DNA of 64,000 bases from assembly GCA_965243125.1 (NCBI GenBank), contig OZ251529.1, forward strand, positions 1,346,492-1,410,491. Direction: 5' to 3'. The position numbers and the translations under genes are program-made. The notes beneath the pieces are model-generated. The model did no database searches and was not told the DNA's origin. It worked only from the letters and a program-made list of their open reading frames with translations. Every line of letters begins with the position of its first letter. Positions within the stretch are counted from its first letter, which is position 1. The stretch is from Dehalococcoidia bacterium (GTDB lineage: Bacteria; Chloroflexota; Dehalococcoidia; Bin125). Of the stretch, positions 55,614-64,000 are shown piece by piece.

Positions 55614-57920
55614 ATGACCACCGCACAGGACACCCCGCAGAGCGAAGTCGCCAGCAAGTTCAACGTGATCGGCACCCGCCCGATCCGCCACGACGGCGTG
55701 GACAAGGTGACCGGCGCCGCCCAGTACGGCGCGGACCTCGCCCTGCCCGGCATGCTCTACGGCCGCGTGCTGCGCAGCCCCCACGCGCACGCGCGGATCG
55801 TCGGCATCGACACCAGCAAGGCCGAGGCGCTTGAAGGCGTCAAGGCGGTGATCACCAACGCCGACTTCCCCCGCGCAAGCGACGAGGTGATCGACACCGG
55901 CGAGGGCGCGGCGCAGCTCAACTGGCTGCTCGACAACGTGATCGCCTCCGACAAGGTGCTCTACAAGGGCCACGCCGTCGCCGCCGTCGCCGCCGTCGAC
56001 TACCACATTGCCGAGGACGCCATCGATCTGATCGAGGTGGAATACGAGCTGCTGCCGCCCGTGCTCGATGTGCGCGACGCGATGCTCGACACCGCGCCCA
56101 AGTTGCACGGCGACAACATTCACACGCGGGAGATGGACGGCTCAGCGAGCGACGCCGCCAGCAACACCGCCTCCCACCTGCGCTTCGCCAAGGGCGACAT
56201 GGATGCCGGCTTTGCCGAGGCCGATGTGGTGATCGAGCGCGAATTTGAAACCTCGATGGCGCATCAGGGCTACATCGAGCCGCACAACGGCACCGCCTAC
56301 TGGCGCGCCGACGGCACGCTTGACGTCTGGACCAGCACCCAAGGCTCGTTCGTCGTGCGCGACTCCGTCGCCCCGCTCGTCCAACTCTCTCCCTCGCAGG
56401 TCAAGGTCACGCCGATGGAGATCGGCGGCGGCTTCGGCGGCAAAATCCCCGTCTACCTCGAGCCGCTCGCTGCGATCCTCTCGCGCGAGACGGGCCGCCC
56501 CGTCCAACTGACGATGAACCGCGAGGAAGTGCTGCTCGCCACCGGTCCCACCTCCGGCACCTACATGCGCGTCAAGATGGGCGCCAAGCGCGATGGCACG
56601 CTGACCGCCGGCGAGGTTTACCTGGCCTTTGAGGCGGGCGCCTACCCCGGCTCGCCCGTCGGCGCGGGCGCGATGTGCGCGCTCGCTCCCTACGACATCC
56701 CCAACCAGCTGATCGACGGCTACGATGTGGTCGTCAACAAGCCCAAGACCGCCGCCTACCGTGCGCCCGGCGCGCCGCAGTCGGAGTTCGCCACCGAAGC
56801 CGTGATCAACGAGCTCGCCGAGCAACTCCAGATCGACCCGCTCGAAATGCGGCTCAAGAACGCCTGCGTCGAGGGCGCATCCCGCGCCGACGGCTTTACC
56901 TACGGCGTGATCGGCAACGTCGAGTGCATGCAGGCCGCGCAGGACAGCCCGCACTGGAACTCCGAACTCAGCGGCCCCAACCAGGGCCGCGGCGTCGCCC
57001 AGGGCTTCTGGTTCAACATCGGCTTCGAATCCAGCGCCTACGCCCAGGTCAACGGCGACGGCACCGTCCCGCTGGTGCTCGGCTCCACCGACATCGGCGG
57101 CACCCGCGCCTCGATCGCCATGCAGCTGGCCGAGACGCTCGGCATCAGCGCCGACGAGGTGCGCCCGCACGTGGTGGACACCAACAGCGTCGGCTACACG
57201 CAGGTCACCGGCGGCAGCCGCACCACCTTCGCCGGCGGCTGGGCCGCCTACGAGTGCGCGATGGACATCCGCCGACAGATGGCCGAGCGCGCCGCCCAAA
57301 TCTGGGAGGTCGACGCCGCCGATGTCGAATACGGCGACGACGCCGTAATCCGCGGCCCCAAAGACGACGAGGGCAACGAGCGCTCCTTCAGCTTCAAGGA
57401 GCTGGCCGGCCAGCTCGCCGCCAGCGGCGGCCACATCGTGGGACGCGCCGACGTCAACAAAACCTCTTCCGGCCCCGCCTTCGCCACCCACATCGTCGAT
57501 GTCGAGGTGGACCCCGACACCGGCAAGGTGGAAGTGCTGCGTTACACCGCCGTGCAGGACGCCGGCACCGCCATCCACCCCGCCTACGTCGAAGGCCAGA
57601 TGCAGGGCGGCGCGACGCAGGGCATCGGCATGGCGCTCAACGAGGAGTACTACTACGACGAAACCGGCGACCTCAAAAACGCCAGCCTGCTCGACTACCG
57701 CATGCCCACCGCGCTGGACCTGCCGATGATCGAGCCGGTCATCGTCGAAGTGCCCAACCCGGGCCACCCCTACGGCGTGCGCGGCGTCGGCGAGGTGCCG
57801 ATCATCCCGCCCGCGCCGGCCATCCAGGCCGCCATCGCCGACGCCGTCGGCCTGCGCATGAACCAGCTGCCGATGTCGCCCCGCGCCATCCTCGAGGCCA
57901 CCCTGCCCGACGAGAGCTAG
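55614..57920 (+). CDS. Xanthine dehydrogenase-family molybdopterin-binding large subunit
   Basis: KVTGAAQY, RSPHAHARI, GGGFGGK, AYRAPG, GQMQGG, RGVGE. Confidence 0.93.
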   Translation: MTTAQDTPQSEVASKFNVIGTRPIRHDGVDKVTGAAQYGADLALPGMLYGRVLRSPHAHARIVGIDTSKAEALEGVKAVITNADFPRASDEVIDTGEGAAQLNWLLDNVIASDKVLYKGHAVAAVAAVDYHIAEDAIDLIEVEYELLPPVLDVRDAMLDTAPKLHGDNIHTREMDGSASDAASNTASHLRFAKGDMDAGFAEADVVIEREFETSMAHQGYIEPHNGTAYWRADGTLDVWTSTQGSFVVRDSVAPLVQLSPSQVKVTPMEIGGGFGGKIPVYLEPLAAILSRETGRPVQLTMNREEVLLATGPTSGTYMRVKMGAKRDGTLTAGEVYLAFEAGAYPGSPVGAGAMCALAPYDIPNQLIDGYDVVVNKPKTAAYRAPGAPQSEFATEAVINELAEQLQIDPLEMRLKNACVEGASRADGFTYGVIGNVECMQAAQDSPHWNSELSGPNQGRGVAQGFWFNIGFESSAYAQVNGDGTVPLVLGSTDIGGTRASIAMQLAETLGISADEVRPHVVDTNSVGYTQVTGGSRTTFAGGWAAYECAMDIRRQMAERAAQIWEVDAADVEYGDDAVIRGPKDDEGNERSFSFKELAGQLAASGGHIVGRADVNKTSSGPAFATHIVDVEVDPDTGKVEVLRYTAVQDAGTAIHPAYVEGQMQGGATQGIGMALNEEYYYDETGDLKNASLLDYRMPTALDLPMIEPVIVEVPNPGHPYGVRGVGEVPIIPPAPAIQAAIADAVGLRMNQLPMSPRAILEATLPDES

Positions 57921-57968
57921 CGGAGCCGACGCCAGTCGAGACGCACAGTCGAGCGGCGGAGCATCGCC

Positions 57969-58232
57969 GTGGTTAAGCTCCTGATCCCGGTTACGCTCCG
58001 CACGCTCAGCGACGGCGAGTCCGAAATCGAAGCCGCCGGCCATAATCTGCGCAGCGTCATCGCCGACGTAGCCGAGCGCCACCCCGACCTGGCGGCAAGG
58101 CTGGTCCAAAACGGCCGCATCGGCCGCGGTCTCACGCTGGCCATCAACGGCGACGTAGTCAGCACCGGCCTGGTAACCCCCGTCCCGGAAGACGCCGAAA
58201 TCGCCATAGTCCCCCAAATCAGCGGCGGCTAG
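57969..58232 (+). CDS. MoaD/ThiS family sulfur-carrier protein
   Basis: Ubiquitin-like length, ends PQISGG. Confidence 0.88.
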   Translation: MVKLLIPVTLRTLSDGESEIEAAGHNLRSVIADVAERHPDLAARLVQNGRIGRGLTLAINGDVVSTGLVTPVPEDAEIAIVPQISGG

Positions 58233-58249
58233 AACAACTGGAGTCGAAG

Positions 58250-60118
58250 ATGGAGCAGATCACTTCCGACACCCCGACGATCAGCAAGCTGCTGGGCGAC
58301 ACGCGCTACAACATCGACTTTTTCCAGCGTGAGTACCGGTGGGAGCGCCGACAAGCGGCGCAACTGTTGGATGACCTCTTCGGGGCCTTTGGCGAGTCCT
58401 ACGTGGAAGGTCACCTGCGGACCGATGTTGAAAGGTACGGCCAGTACTTCTTGGGGCCGGTCATCCTCAATCGTCGCGAGTCCATCACGGACATCGTCGA
58501 TGGGCAGCAACGCATCACCACTCTGATGCTCTTGCTTATCGCTCTCCGTCGTCGCATCGAGGAAGAGGATCAGCGCATCGCGTTGTCCAACTTGGTCGTG
58601 ACCACCAGGATGGGCCAGCGCACCTTCACCCTGGATGTGTCTGAGCGTGCGTCGTGCATGGAGGCGCTGTTCACCGGACAGTCCCTTGATCCTGATTCAC
58701 AGGACCCGTCGGTTCGCGACATTCTCGATTCACGAGAACCATCTGTTCGCAACATCCTTGACAGGTTTGCGGACATCGAGGAGCTACTCGACGGCGGCGT
58801 GGATTCGTCAGCCTTGCCCTTCTTCGCCGACTGGCTCATGTACCGGGTGATGGTCGTCGCTGTGGTCGCGACCTCCGAGACTGACGCTTACACGATCTTC
58901 GAGACAATGAACGACCGCGGCCTTCGCCTCACGTCACCGGAGATGCTTCGCGGATACCTGCTCTCGCGAATCGAGAACGAAGCCGAGCGCTCTAAGGCGA
59001 GCGACGTGTGGAAGCAGCGGGTCGCTGAGCTTGCGGAACTCGGCAAAGAAGAGGACGTCGACGCGATCCAGGCGTGGCTGCGGGGCCGGCGGGCCGAAAG
59101 CGCCAGCCGCTACGTGTCCGGTGTGGAGCCCGGCGACTACGAGCGAATCGGCAACGAGTTTCACCGCTGGGTACGGGACGTTGAAGAGGTCCGCCTGGGT
59201 CTTCGTCACTCCCCGGACTTCGCGGATTTCATCCGCCAGGATTTCGACTTCTACGTCGGCTGGTACGCGCGGCTGAGACGATCCGCGGAAACAACGACGG
59301 ACCGTCTGGAGACGGTCGAGTACATCGCGAGCCAAGGGTTCACCCTACAGTACTCGCTCTTGCTGGCGGCTCTGGATGTCGGTGACAGCGACGACATCGC
59401 TCTGCGGAAGATTGGTGCAACCGCCGCGTACATCGACATTCTGATCCACCGACGGCTGTGGAACAGTATGCGGATCGGACAGACGTCTCTGCGATTCCCG
59501 CTCTTCGATCTGGCGAAGAAGGTCCGTGCGACAGACTCGGTTGACCAGCTGGTCGATCTTCTCACCGCTGAGATCGAAGACAATGAGCTCGGCTTCTCGC
59601 CACAGTGGCCGTTCGTGCGCAACCAGCGTAACGCCAACATCGTGCGCCGCATGCTCGCCCGGCTAACGTCGTTCGTTGAGCGCGATCGCACGAGCGGCGT
59701 CGCTTACGCCGATCTGCTCACCACCGGTCGAGACGGCTACGACATCGAACACGTGGTCGCGGACAAGCCGGAGCGCTACGCGAGTGAGTTTGCGAGTGAG
59801 GTGGAGTTCACCGCCGAGCGGAACTGGATTGGCGGACTTTTGCTGATTCCCAGCAGCGTCAATCGCAGCTTCGGAGCTCTCGCCTACGAGCCCAAACGCG
59901 AGCACTACCTCAAGGAAAACTGGCTCGCCGCGAGCCTCCACGAGATGGCCTACACCCACAACCCAAAGCTCCGCCGGTTTGCGCAAGATCACGGGCTCGA
60001 TCTACAGCCGTACCAGCACTTTGGCCGCTCGGAGCTTCATGAACGCCAAGAGCTCTACGAGCAGATCGCGGCTCGAGTCTGGCGTGTCGAGCGAATCGCC
60101 GAGGAGTCGGCACCGTGA
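58250..60118 (+). CDS. DUF262 + DUF1524 (HNH) protein, GmrSD-like type IV restriction nuclease
   Basis: FQREYRW, IVDGQQR, IFETMNDRG; C-terminal DIEHVV...NWIGGLLLI..SVNRS. Confidence 0.88.
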   Translation: MEQITSDTPTISKLLGDTRYNIDFFQREYRWERRQAAQLLDDLFGAFGESYVEGHLRTDVERYGQYFLGPVILNRRESITDIVDGQQRITTLMLLLIALRRRIEEEDQRIALSNLVVTTRMGQRTFTLDVSERASCMEALFTGQSLDPDSQDPSVRDILDSREPSVRNILDRFADIEELLDGGVDSSALPFFADWLMYRVMVVAVVATSETDAYTIFETMNDRGLRLTSPEMLRGYLLSRIENEAERSKASDVWKQRVAELAELGKEEDVDAIQAWLRGRRAESASRYVSGVEPGDYERIGNEFHRWVRDVEEVRLGLRHSPDFADFIRQDFDFYVGWYARLRRSAETTTDRLETVEYIASQGFTLQYSLLLAALDVGDSDDIALRKIGATAAYIDILIHRRLWNSMRIGQTSLRFPLFDLAKKVRATDSVDQLVDLLTAEIEDNELGFSPQWPFVRNQRNANIVRRMLARLTSFVERDRTSGVAYADLLTTGRDGYDIEHVVADKPERYASEFASEVEFTAERNWIGGLLLIPSSVNRSFGALAYEPKREHYLKENWLAASLHEMAYTHNPKLRRFAQDHGLDLQPYQHFGRSELHERQELYEQIAARVWRVERIAEESAP

Positions 60119-60161
60119 TCATCGTCGGTCCCAAGTCGGGGGCGTAGTCCGCAAAGGGGGC

Positions 60162-60803
60162 CTACAGCAGGCGCGGCTGCGCGCCGATGTCCAGCGCGTA
60201 GGACGGCGCGAGATAGTCGCCGAAGATGATCGCCGACCACGGGTCGAGCTCTCCACGGTGCGCCGACAGCTCCGATGTGCTGTATGGCCGCCCGATGTAC
60301 GACGACCAGACCGAGAACTCCTCTGTTGCCAGCGGTCGGATCGGCCCCTCGATCACGACCTCATGCACGACGCCGACGTGGCGCGACGACTCCACAGAGG
60401 TGTGGTCGACCACCAGGCCGATCGGTGTGATCGAGGTCGGCGCCTCGGCGCACAGTTCCTCAGAAATCTCGCGCGTCAGGGTGGACCGCACGAGGTTCGG
60501 AAATTCCGACGCTTCGGCTTCCCAGTCGATGTGACCGCCCACGACCAGACTCAGCCGCGCCCTCAGGTCGGCCCGCCCCTCTTTGACCCGCCGGAACACG
60601 TAGTAGCCGTCGTCTTCGCCGAGCACCAGCGCGCACGGAATGGGCTGGATGAACTCGTCCGACGCCTCCGCTTCGCTGCGCGGCAGCCAACGCATCCCCG
60701 CTTCCGCCGCCCGAAACAGCCAGTCTGCCGATCGCCACGGCGTAAAACGCTGCCGGTTTTCGACACATCGGCGCGCCAGACACAGCACCTGCTGCTCACT
60801 CAT
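60162..60803 (-). CDS. NUDIX-family phosphoesterase (COG4112/YmaB-like)
   Basis: RSEAE...QPIP, SLVVGGHID, Nudix-box remnant REISEEL, RHVGVV, LDPWS. Confidence 0.8.
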   Translation of the reverse strand: MSEQQVLCLARRCVENRQRFTPWRSADWLFRAAEAGMRWLPRSEAEASDEFIQPIPCALVLGEDDGYYVFRRVKEGRADLRARLSLVVGGHIDWEAEASEFPNLVRSTLTREISEELCAEAPTSITPIGLVVDHTSVESSRHVGVVHEVVIEGPIRPLATEEFSVWSSYIGRPYSTSELSAHRGELDPWSAIIFGDYLAPSYALDIGAQPRLL

Positions 60804-61540
60804 GACCGTTTCCCTCCACGCGCACCGCTCGTTTTTTCAAAGACATCCAAAATAATGTGTGCAACATGCTCAGCCGTCGTCTCGGGGCTTGTCCCAGCCG
60901 CTTCGCTGGTGTCGATGCTCTCGAAGCGCGAGAACTGGTCGGCGTACTTGGTCTCTACTCTGCCGTATGCGCCGTTCAGATCGGCCAGAAACGACGGATT
61001 CATCGCCTGTCCTGGCTCGCTGATCAGCTTATCGCTGTTCTCGCGAGTCATCGCTGTCTCCGCGTCCGTCCTGAACAGCAACACCGCATCGATCGTCGAA
61101 CGCCAGTACTCGATCTGTAGGAAGCTCTGTACTTGATCGCGTACCCCGCCGGAGATCTCGCCGCGGGATGCAAGCAGCTCGAACCACGCCAGCGCATCAA
61201 ACAGGCCCCGATCCAGGATCGCCAGATCGTACCGGTCTGAGCCGTGCAGTCCTTCGAGCACATGCATCAGCGCGTAGGACGCGGACCACGTGTTGAACGC
61301 GATTAGATCGTCTTTGAGGTAGTACGGCGTTCGCCGTGACGCACCCTCGGCCGGGGCCAACACCTTGTATTCGAGCCGCCGGAAGAAATGCCGCATGATC
61401 TCAATACAGGTGCTCTTGCCGCTCTTCGGCGTGCCCGCGAATTCGACGAACACAGGGCGCTCAAGCGGCGCATCGCGTAGTCCGGCCAGGATCTGCTCCG
61501 CGCGCTTCCGCAGCTCCTCCCGTTCGTCGTACGAGGCCAT
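60800..61540 (-). CDS. Thymidylate-kinase-like P-loop NTPase
   Basis: FVEFAGTPKSGKST Walker A, ILDRGLFD (TMK DR motif), lid region AMTRE. Confidence 0.78.
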   Translation of the reverse strand: MASYDEREELRKRAEQILAGLRDAPLERPVFVEFAGTPKSGKSTCIEIMRHFFRRLEYKVLAPAEGASRRTPYYLKDDLIAFNTWSASYALMHVLEGLHGSDRYDLAILDRGLFDALAWFELLASRGEISGGVRDQVQSFLQIEYWRSTIDAVLLFRTDAETAMTRENSDKLISEPGQAMNPSFLADLNGAYGRVETKYADQFSRFESIDTSEAAGTSPETTAEHVAHIILDVFEKTSGARGGKRS

Positions 61541-61573
61541 CGTCGCCCTCCGCGGACAGGCTAGCGGACCCCC

Positions 61574-62317
61574 TCACTCCGCCGCTGCGTTGCGGCTTTC
61601 GGCGCCGGCGTCGCCGAAGATGCCGAACGGGTTCAGCGAGTGCGGCGCGTCGTAGACGTCCATCTGCTCCGTGCGCTTCAGCCAGCCCACCACCACGTAG
61701 GTGAACGGCAGAGCCACCACCTCGAACAGCGTCTTCACGATCCAGCCGAAGATCGCCCCCTGCGCGGCGGCTTCCCAGCCCCACAGGCCCGATGCGCCGA
61801 ACGCGATCAGGTAGAAAATCCAGGAGTCCACGCCCTGCCCGACGATCGTCGACACCACCGCGCGCAGCCACAGCATCCGCCCCGCGGTCTTGTTTTTCAG
61901 CACCACCATCACCGCCGCGTTGGAGAACTCGCCGACCGTGTAGGCCGCGAAGCTGCCCAGCAGCAGCCAGCCCGTCGTGCCCAGAATCGCGTCGTAGGCG
62001 TCCTGCCCCTCGTAGAACGCCGGGCCGGGAATGACGCCGCCGAGCCAGTAGAGGAAGACCATCAGCAGGTTGCAGAGGAAGCCCAGCCAGATCACGCCGC
62101 GCGCCACGCGGAAGCCGTAGACCTCCGTCAGCACATCGCTGATGATGTAGCCGATCGGGAAGCAGATCACCGAGACCGAGACGATCACCCAGCTGCCGCC
62201 CAGGAAGTCGAAGCCCAGATCGAACAGGTAGATCGGCTTGCCCGCGAACGTGTTCGAGATCAGCAGCACGGAGACCGCCAGCGCGATGATGATCACCAGC
62301 TTGCCCGAGAATCGCAT
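61574..62317 (-). CDS. Queuosine precursor (preQ0/preQ1) transporter, YhhQ/VUT family
   Basis: ISN..AGK, FPIGYIISDVLTEVYG, WLRAVVSTIVGQGVDS; multi-TM. Confidence 0.9.
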   Translation of the reverse strand: MRFSGKLVIIIALAVSVLLISNTFAGKPIYLFDLGFDFLGGSWVIVSVSVICFPIGYIISDVLTEVYGFRVARGVIWLGFLCNLLMVFLYWLGGVIPGPAFYEGQDAYDAILGTTGWLLLGSFAAYTVGEFSNAAVMVVLKNKTAGRMLWLRAVVSTIVGQGVDSWIFYLIAFGASGLWGWEAAAQGAIFGWIVKTLFEVVALPFTYVVVGWLKRTEQMDVYDAPHSLNPFGIFGDAGAESRNAAAE

Positions 62318-62489
62318 GCGCCGCTCCTGCCCGTGGCCTGTCCTGTGCCCGATGCGCGAATTCTAGCCCCACCGCCGCGCCCGTTCCGAGAATCGGTCAA
62401 CTAGGCCGCCGCGTTTGGTAGCCTCAGGCCAGACGCGCGCAACGGCGCAGACACGGCGCAGAACTGGGCGCAAGACGAGGAGACCGGGC

Positions 62490-63422
62490 ATGAGCGACCG
62501 CATCGGCATGGGCATTTCCAACTTCCCCTTTTCCGACGTCAAGACGATGTGGCGCTGGATCGACCTCTGTGAGGACGCCGGCGTCGACTCGATCTGGCAG
62601 ACCGACCGCCTGATCTCCGACCAGCCGATGCTCGAATCGATGACCTTCATGGCCGCCCTCGCCGCCGGCACCGAGAAGCTCAAGTTCGGCATGAACGTGG
62701 TCGTCGTCGGCTTCCGCGACCCGCTGGTGCTGGCCAAGCAGTGCGCCACCATCGACTTCCTCAGCAACGGACGGCTGCTGCCCGCCTTCGGCGTCGGCGG
62801 CGCGTTCGCTCCCGAATGGCGCGTCACCGACCGTCCGATGAAGGGCCGCGGCCCCATCGCCGATGAAGCGCTCACCCTGATGTCGCGCCTCTGGAACGAA
62901 GAGTCGGTCACCTTCCACGGCGAGCACTTCCACTACACCAACGCCGTGATGGAGCCCAAGCCCGTGCAGCAGCCGCTGCCGCTCTGGATCGGCGGCGCGA
63001 GCAAGGCCGCCATCCGCCGCACCGCCCAGATCGGCACCGGCTGGGTCGCCGGCGTGCAGGGCGCCGACGAGGTCGGCCCCGTCATCCAGCAGATTCGCGC
63101 CGCCCTCGCCGAAGCCGGCCGCACCGACTACGAGCCCGACCACTTCGGCGCGGGCTTCGCCTACCACTTCGGCAGCTGGGACGACCCCGATGTGCAGGCG
63201 CGCATCGAGGGCTTCCGCCGCCGCCTGCCCGAGGTGGACCCCGCCAAATTCTTCGCCGTCGGCGACGCCGCCGACATCCAGCGGCGGATCGACGAATACC
63301 GCGCCGCCGGCGTGAGCAAGTTCATCGCCAGTCCGCTGGCCCGCGGCGACGCCGCCATGATGCGGCAGACGCAGCAACTCCTCGACGAGGTGCTGCCGGT
63401 GGTCCACGCCGAGGCGGCCTGA
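62490..63422 (+). CDS. LLM-class flavin-dependent oxidoreductase
   Basis: GVDSIWQTDR, RDPLVLAKQCATIDFLSNGR, PKPVQQPLPLWIGG; GAGGAG RBS. Confidence 0.9.
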   Translation: MSDRIGMGISNFPFSDVKTMWRWIDLCEDAGVDSIWQTDRLISDQPMLESMTFMAALAAGTEKLKFGMNVVVVGFRDPLVLAKQCATIDFLSNGRLLPAFGVGGAFAPEWRVTDRPMKGRGPIADEALTLMSRLWNEESVTFHGEHFHYTNAVMEPKPVQQPLPLWIGGASKAAIRRTAQIGTGWVAGVQGADEVGPVIQQIRAALAEAGRTDYEPDHFGAGFAYHFGSWDDPDVQARIEGFRRRLPEVDPAKFFAVGDAADIQRRIDEYRAAGVSKFIASPLARGDAAMMRQTQQLLDEVLPVVHAEAA

Positions 63423-63600
63423 CCACCGCAGCCCACAGATCCGACCTCGCCCCCGGCGTGAGGACGATTGGGGAGGGACGATTCGGAGAGGGCGGCTAGG
63501 GGCGGGCGGTGGTAACCTGCGGTTGCGCTGCGAGGCTTGGGCTTCGCAGGGCTGCACGAGGGTTGTTTCGGCCAGTTGGCCGCGGGAAGGACGACAGATC

Positions 63601-64000
63601 ATGGGAATGCTTGACGGCCGCGTGGCGGTGGTGACCGGCGCGGGACGCGGGATCGGGGCGGAGATTTCGAAGCTGTTCGCAGCCGAGGGCGCGAAGGTCG
63701 TGGTCAACGACCTGGGCGGCTCGGTGGACGGCAGCGGGGCGGCCTCGGCGCCGGCCGACGAGGTGGTGGCGTTCATCAACGACACCGGCGGCGAGGCCGT
63801 GGCCAACTACTCCTCGGTGGCGGACTACGACGCTTCAGAGGGGATCATTCGGCAGGCGATCGACATGTTCGGCGACCTCGACATCCTGGTCAACACGGCG
63901 GGCATCCTGCGCGACCGGATGGTCTTCAACATGACCGAGGCGGAATGGGACGCGGTGCTGGACGTGCATCTGAAGGGCACCTTCAACACGACAAAGTACG
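63601..64000 (+). CDS. SDR family oxidoreductase, 3'-truncated by window edge
   Basis: MGMLDGRVAVVTGAGRGIG, VVVNDLGG, DILVNTAGILRD. Confidence 0.92.
   Translation, partial: MGMLDGRVAVVTGAGRGIGAEISKLFAAEGAKVVVNDLGGSVDGSGAASAPADEVVAFINDTGGEAVANYSSVADYDASEGIIRQAIDMFGDLDILVNTAGILRDRMVFNMTEAEWDAVLDVHLKGTFNTTKY

Noticed and set aside
54183-57920. Aerobic CO dehydrogenase coxMSL
   Set aside because: Gene order fits, but the active-site loop is AYRAPG, not AYxCSFR (form I) or AYxGAGR (form II); substrate unknown.
62318-62489. preQ1 riboswitch upstream of the queuosine-precursor transporter
   Set aside because: No recognisable preQ1-I stem with A-rich tail on the minus strand; an Infernal/Rfam scan would be decisive.

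Overview
High-GC bacterial chromosomal window with about 55 genes, mostly on the + strand. It looks like Chloroflexota/Dehalococcoidia, judged from the YW-SRR-LVGC Tat-lipoprotein solute-binding proteins, the signal-less DUF1800/DUF1501 pair and several LLM, CaiB and XDH paralogues. That taxonomy is inference only. Content is mainly heterotrophic catabolism: family-5 ABC transporters, dehydrogenases, CoA-transferases, acyl-CoA carboxylases and a molybdo-hydroxylase. Housekeeping genes include tRNA-Gly(CCC), cysDN, tupABC, a class A PBP, gatCA and a queuosine-precursor transporter. Five features stand out. (1) A compositionally foreign three-gene block at 58.2-61.5 kb: a GmrSD-like DUF262-HNH nuclease converging on a translationally coupled dTMP-kinase-like P-loop + NUDIX pair, a candidate nucleotide-targeting defence module. 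(2) A CmlS-like flavin-dependent halogenase carrying a winged-helix/RRE-like domain and a SEC-C zinc motif. (3) At least four unrelated palindromic REP families share one polarised 'stutter' architecture: truncated 5'-arm copies in tandem ending in one complete hairpin, with one array translated inside an ORF. (4) A four-copy family of secreted ClpP-fold lipoproteins, one broken by a microhomology deletion. (5) cysDN coupled to tupABC. No CRISPR array, integrase or transposase was seen. All family assignments come from motif recognition by eye; no database searches were run.
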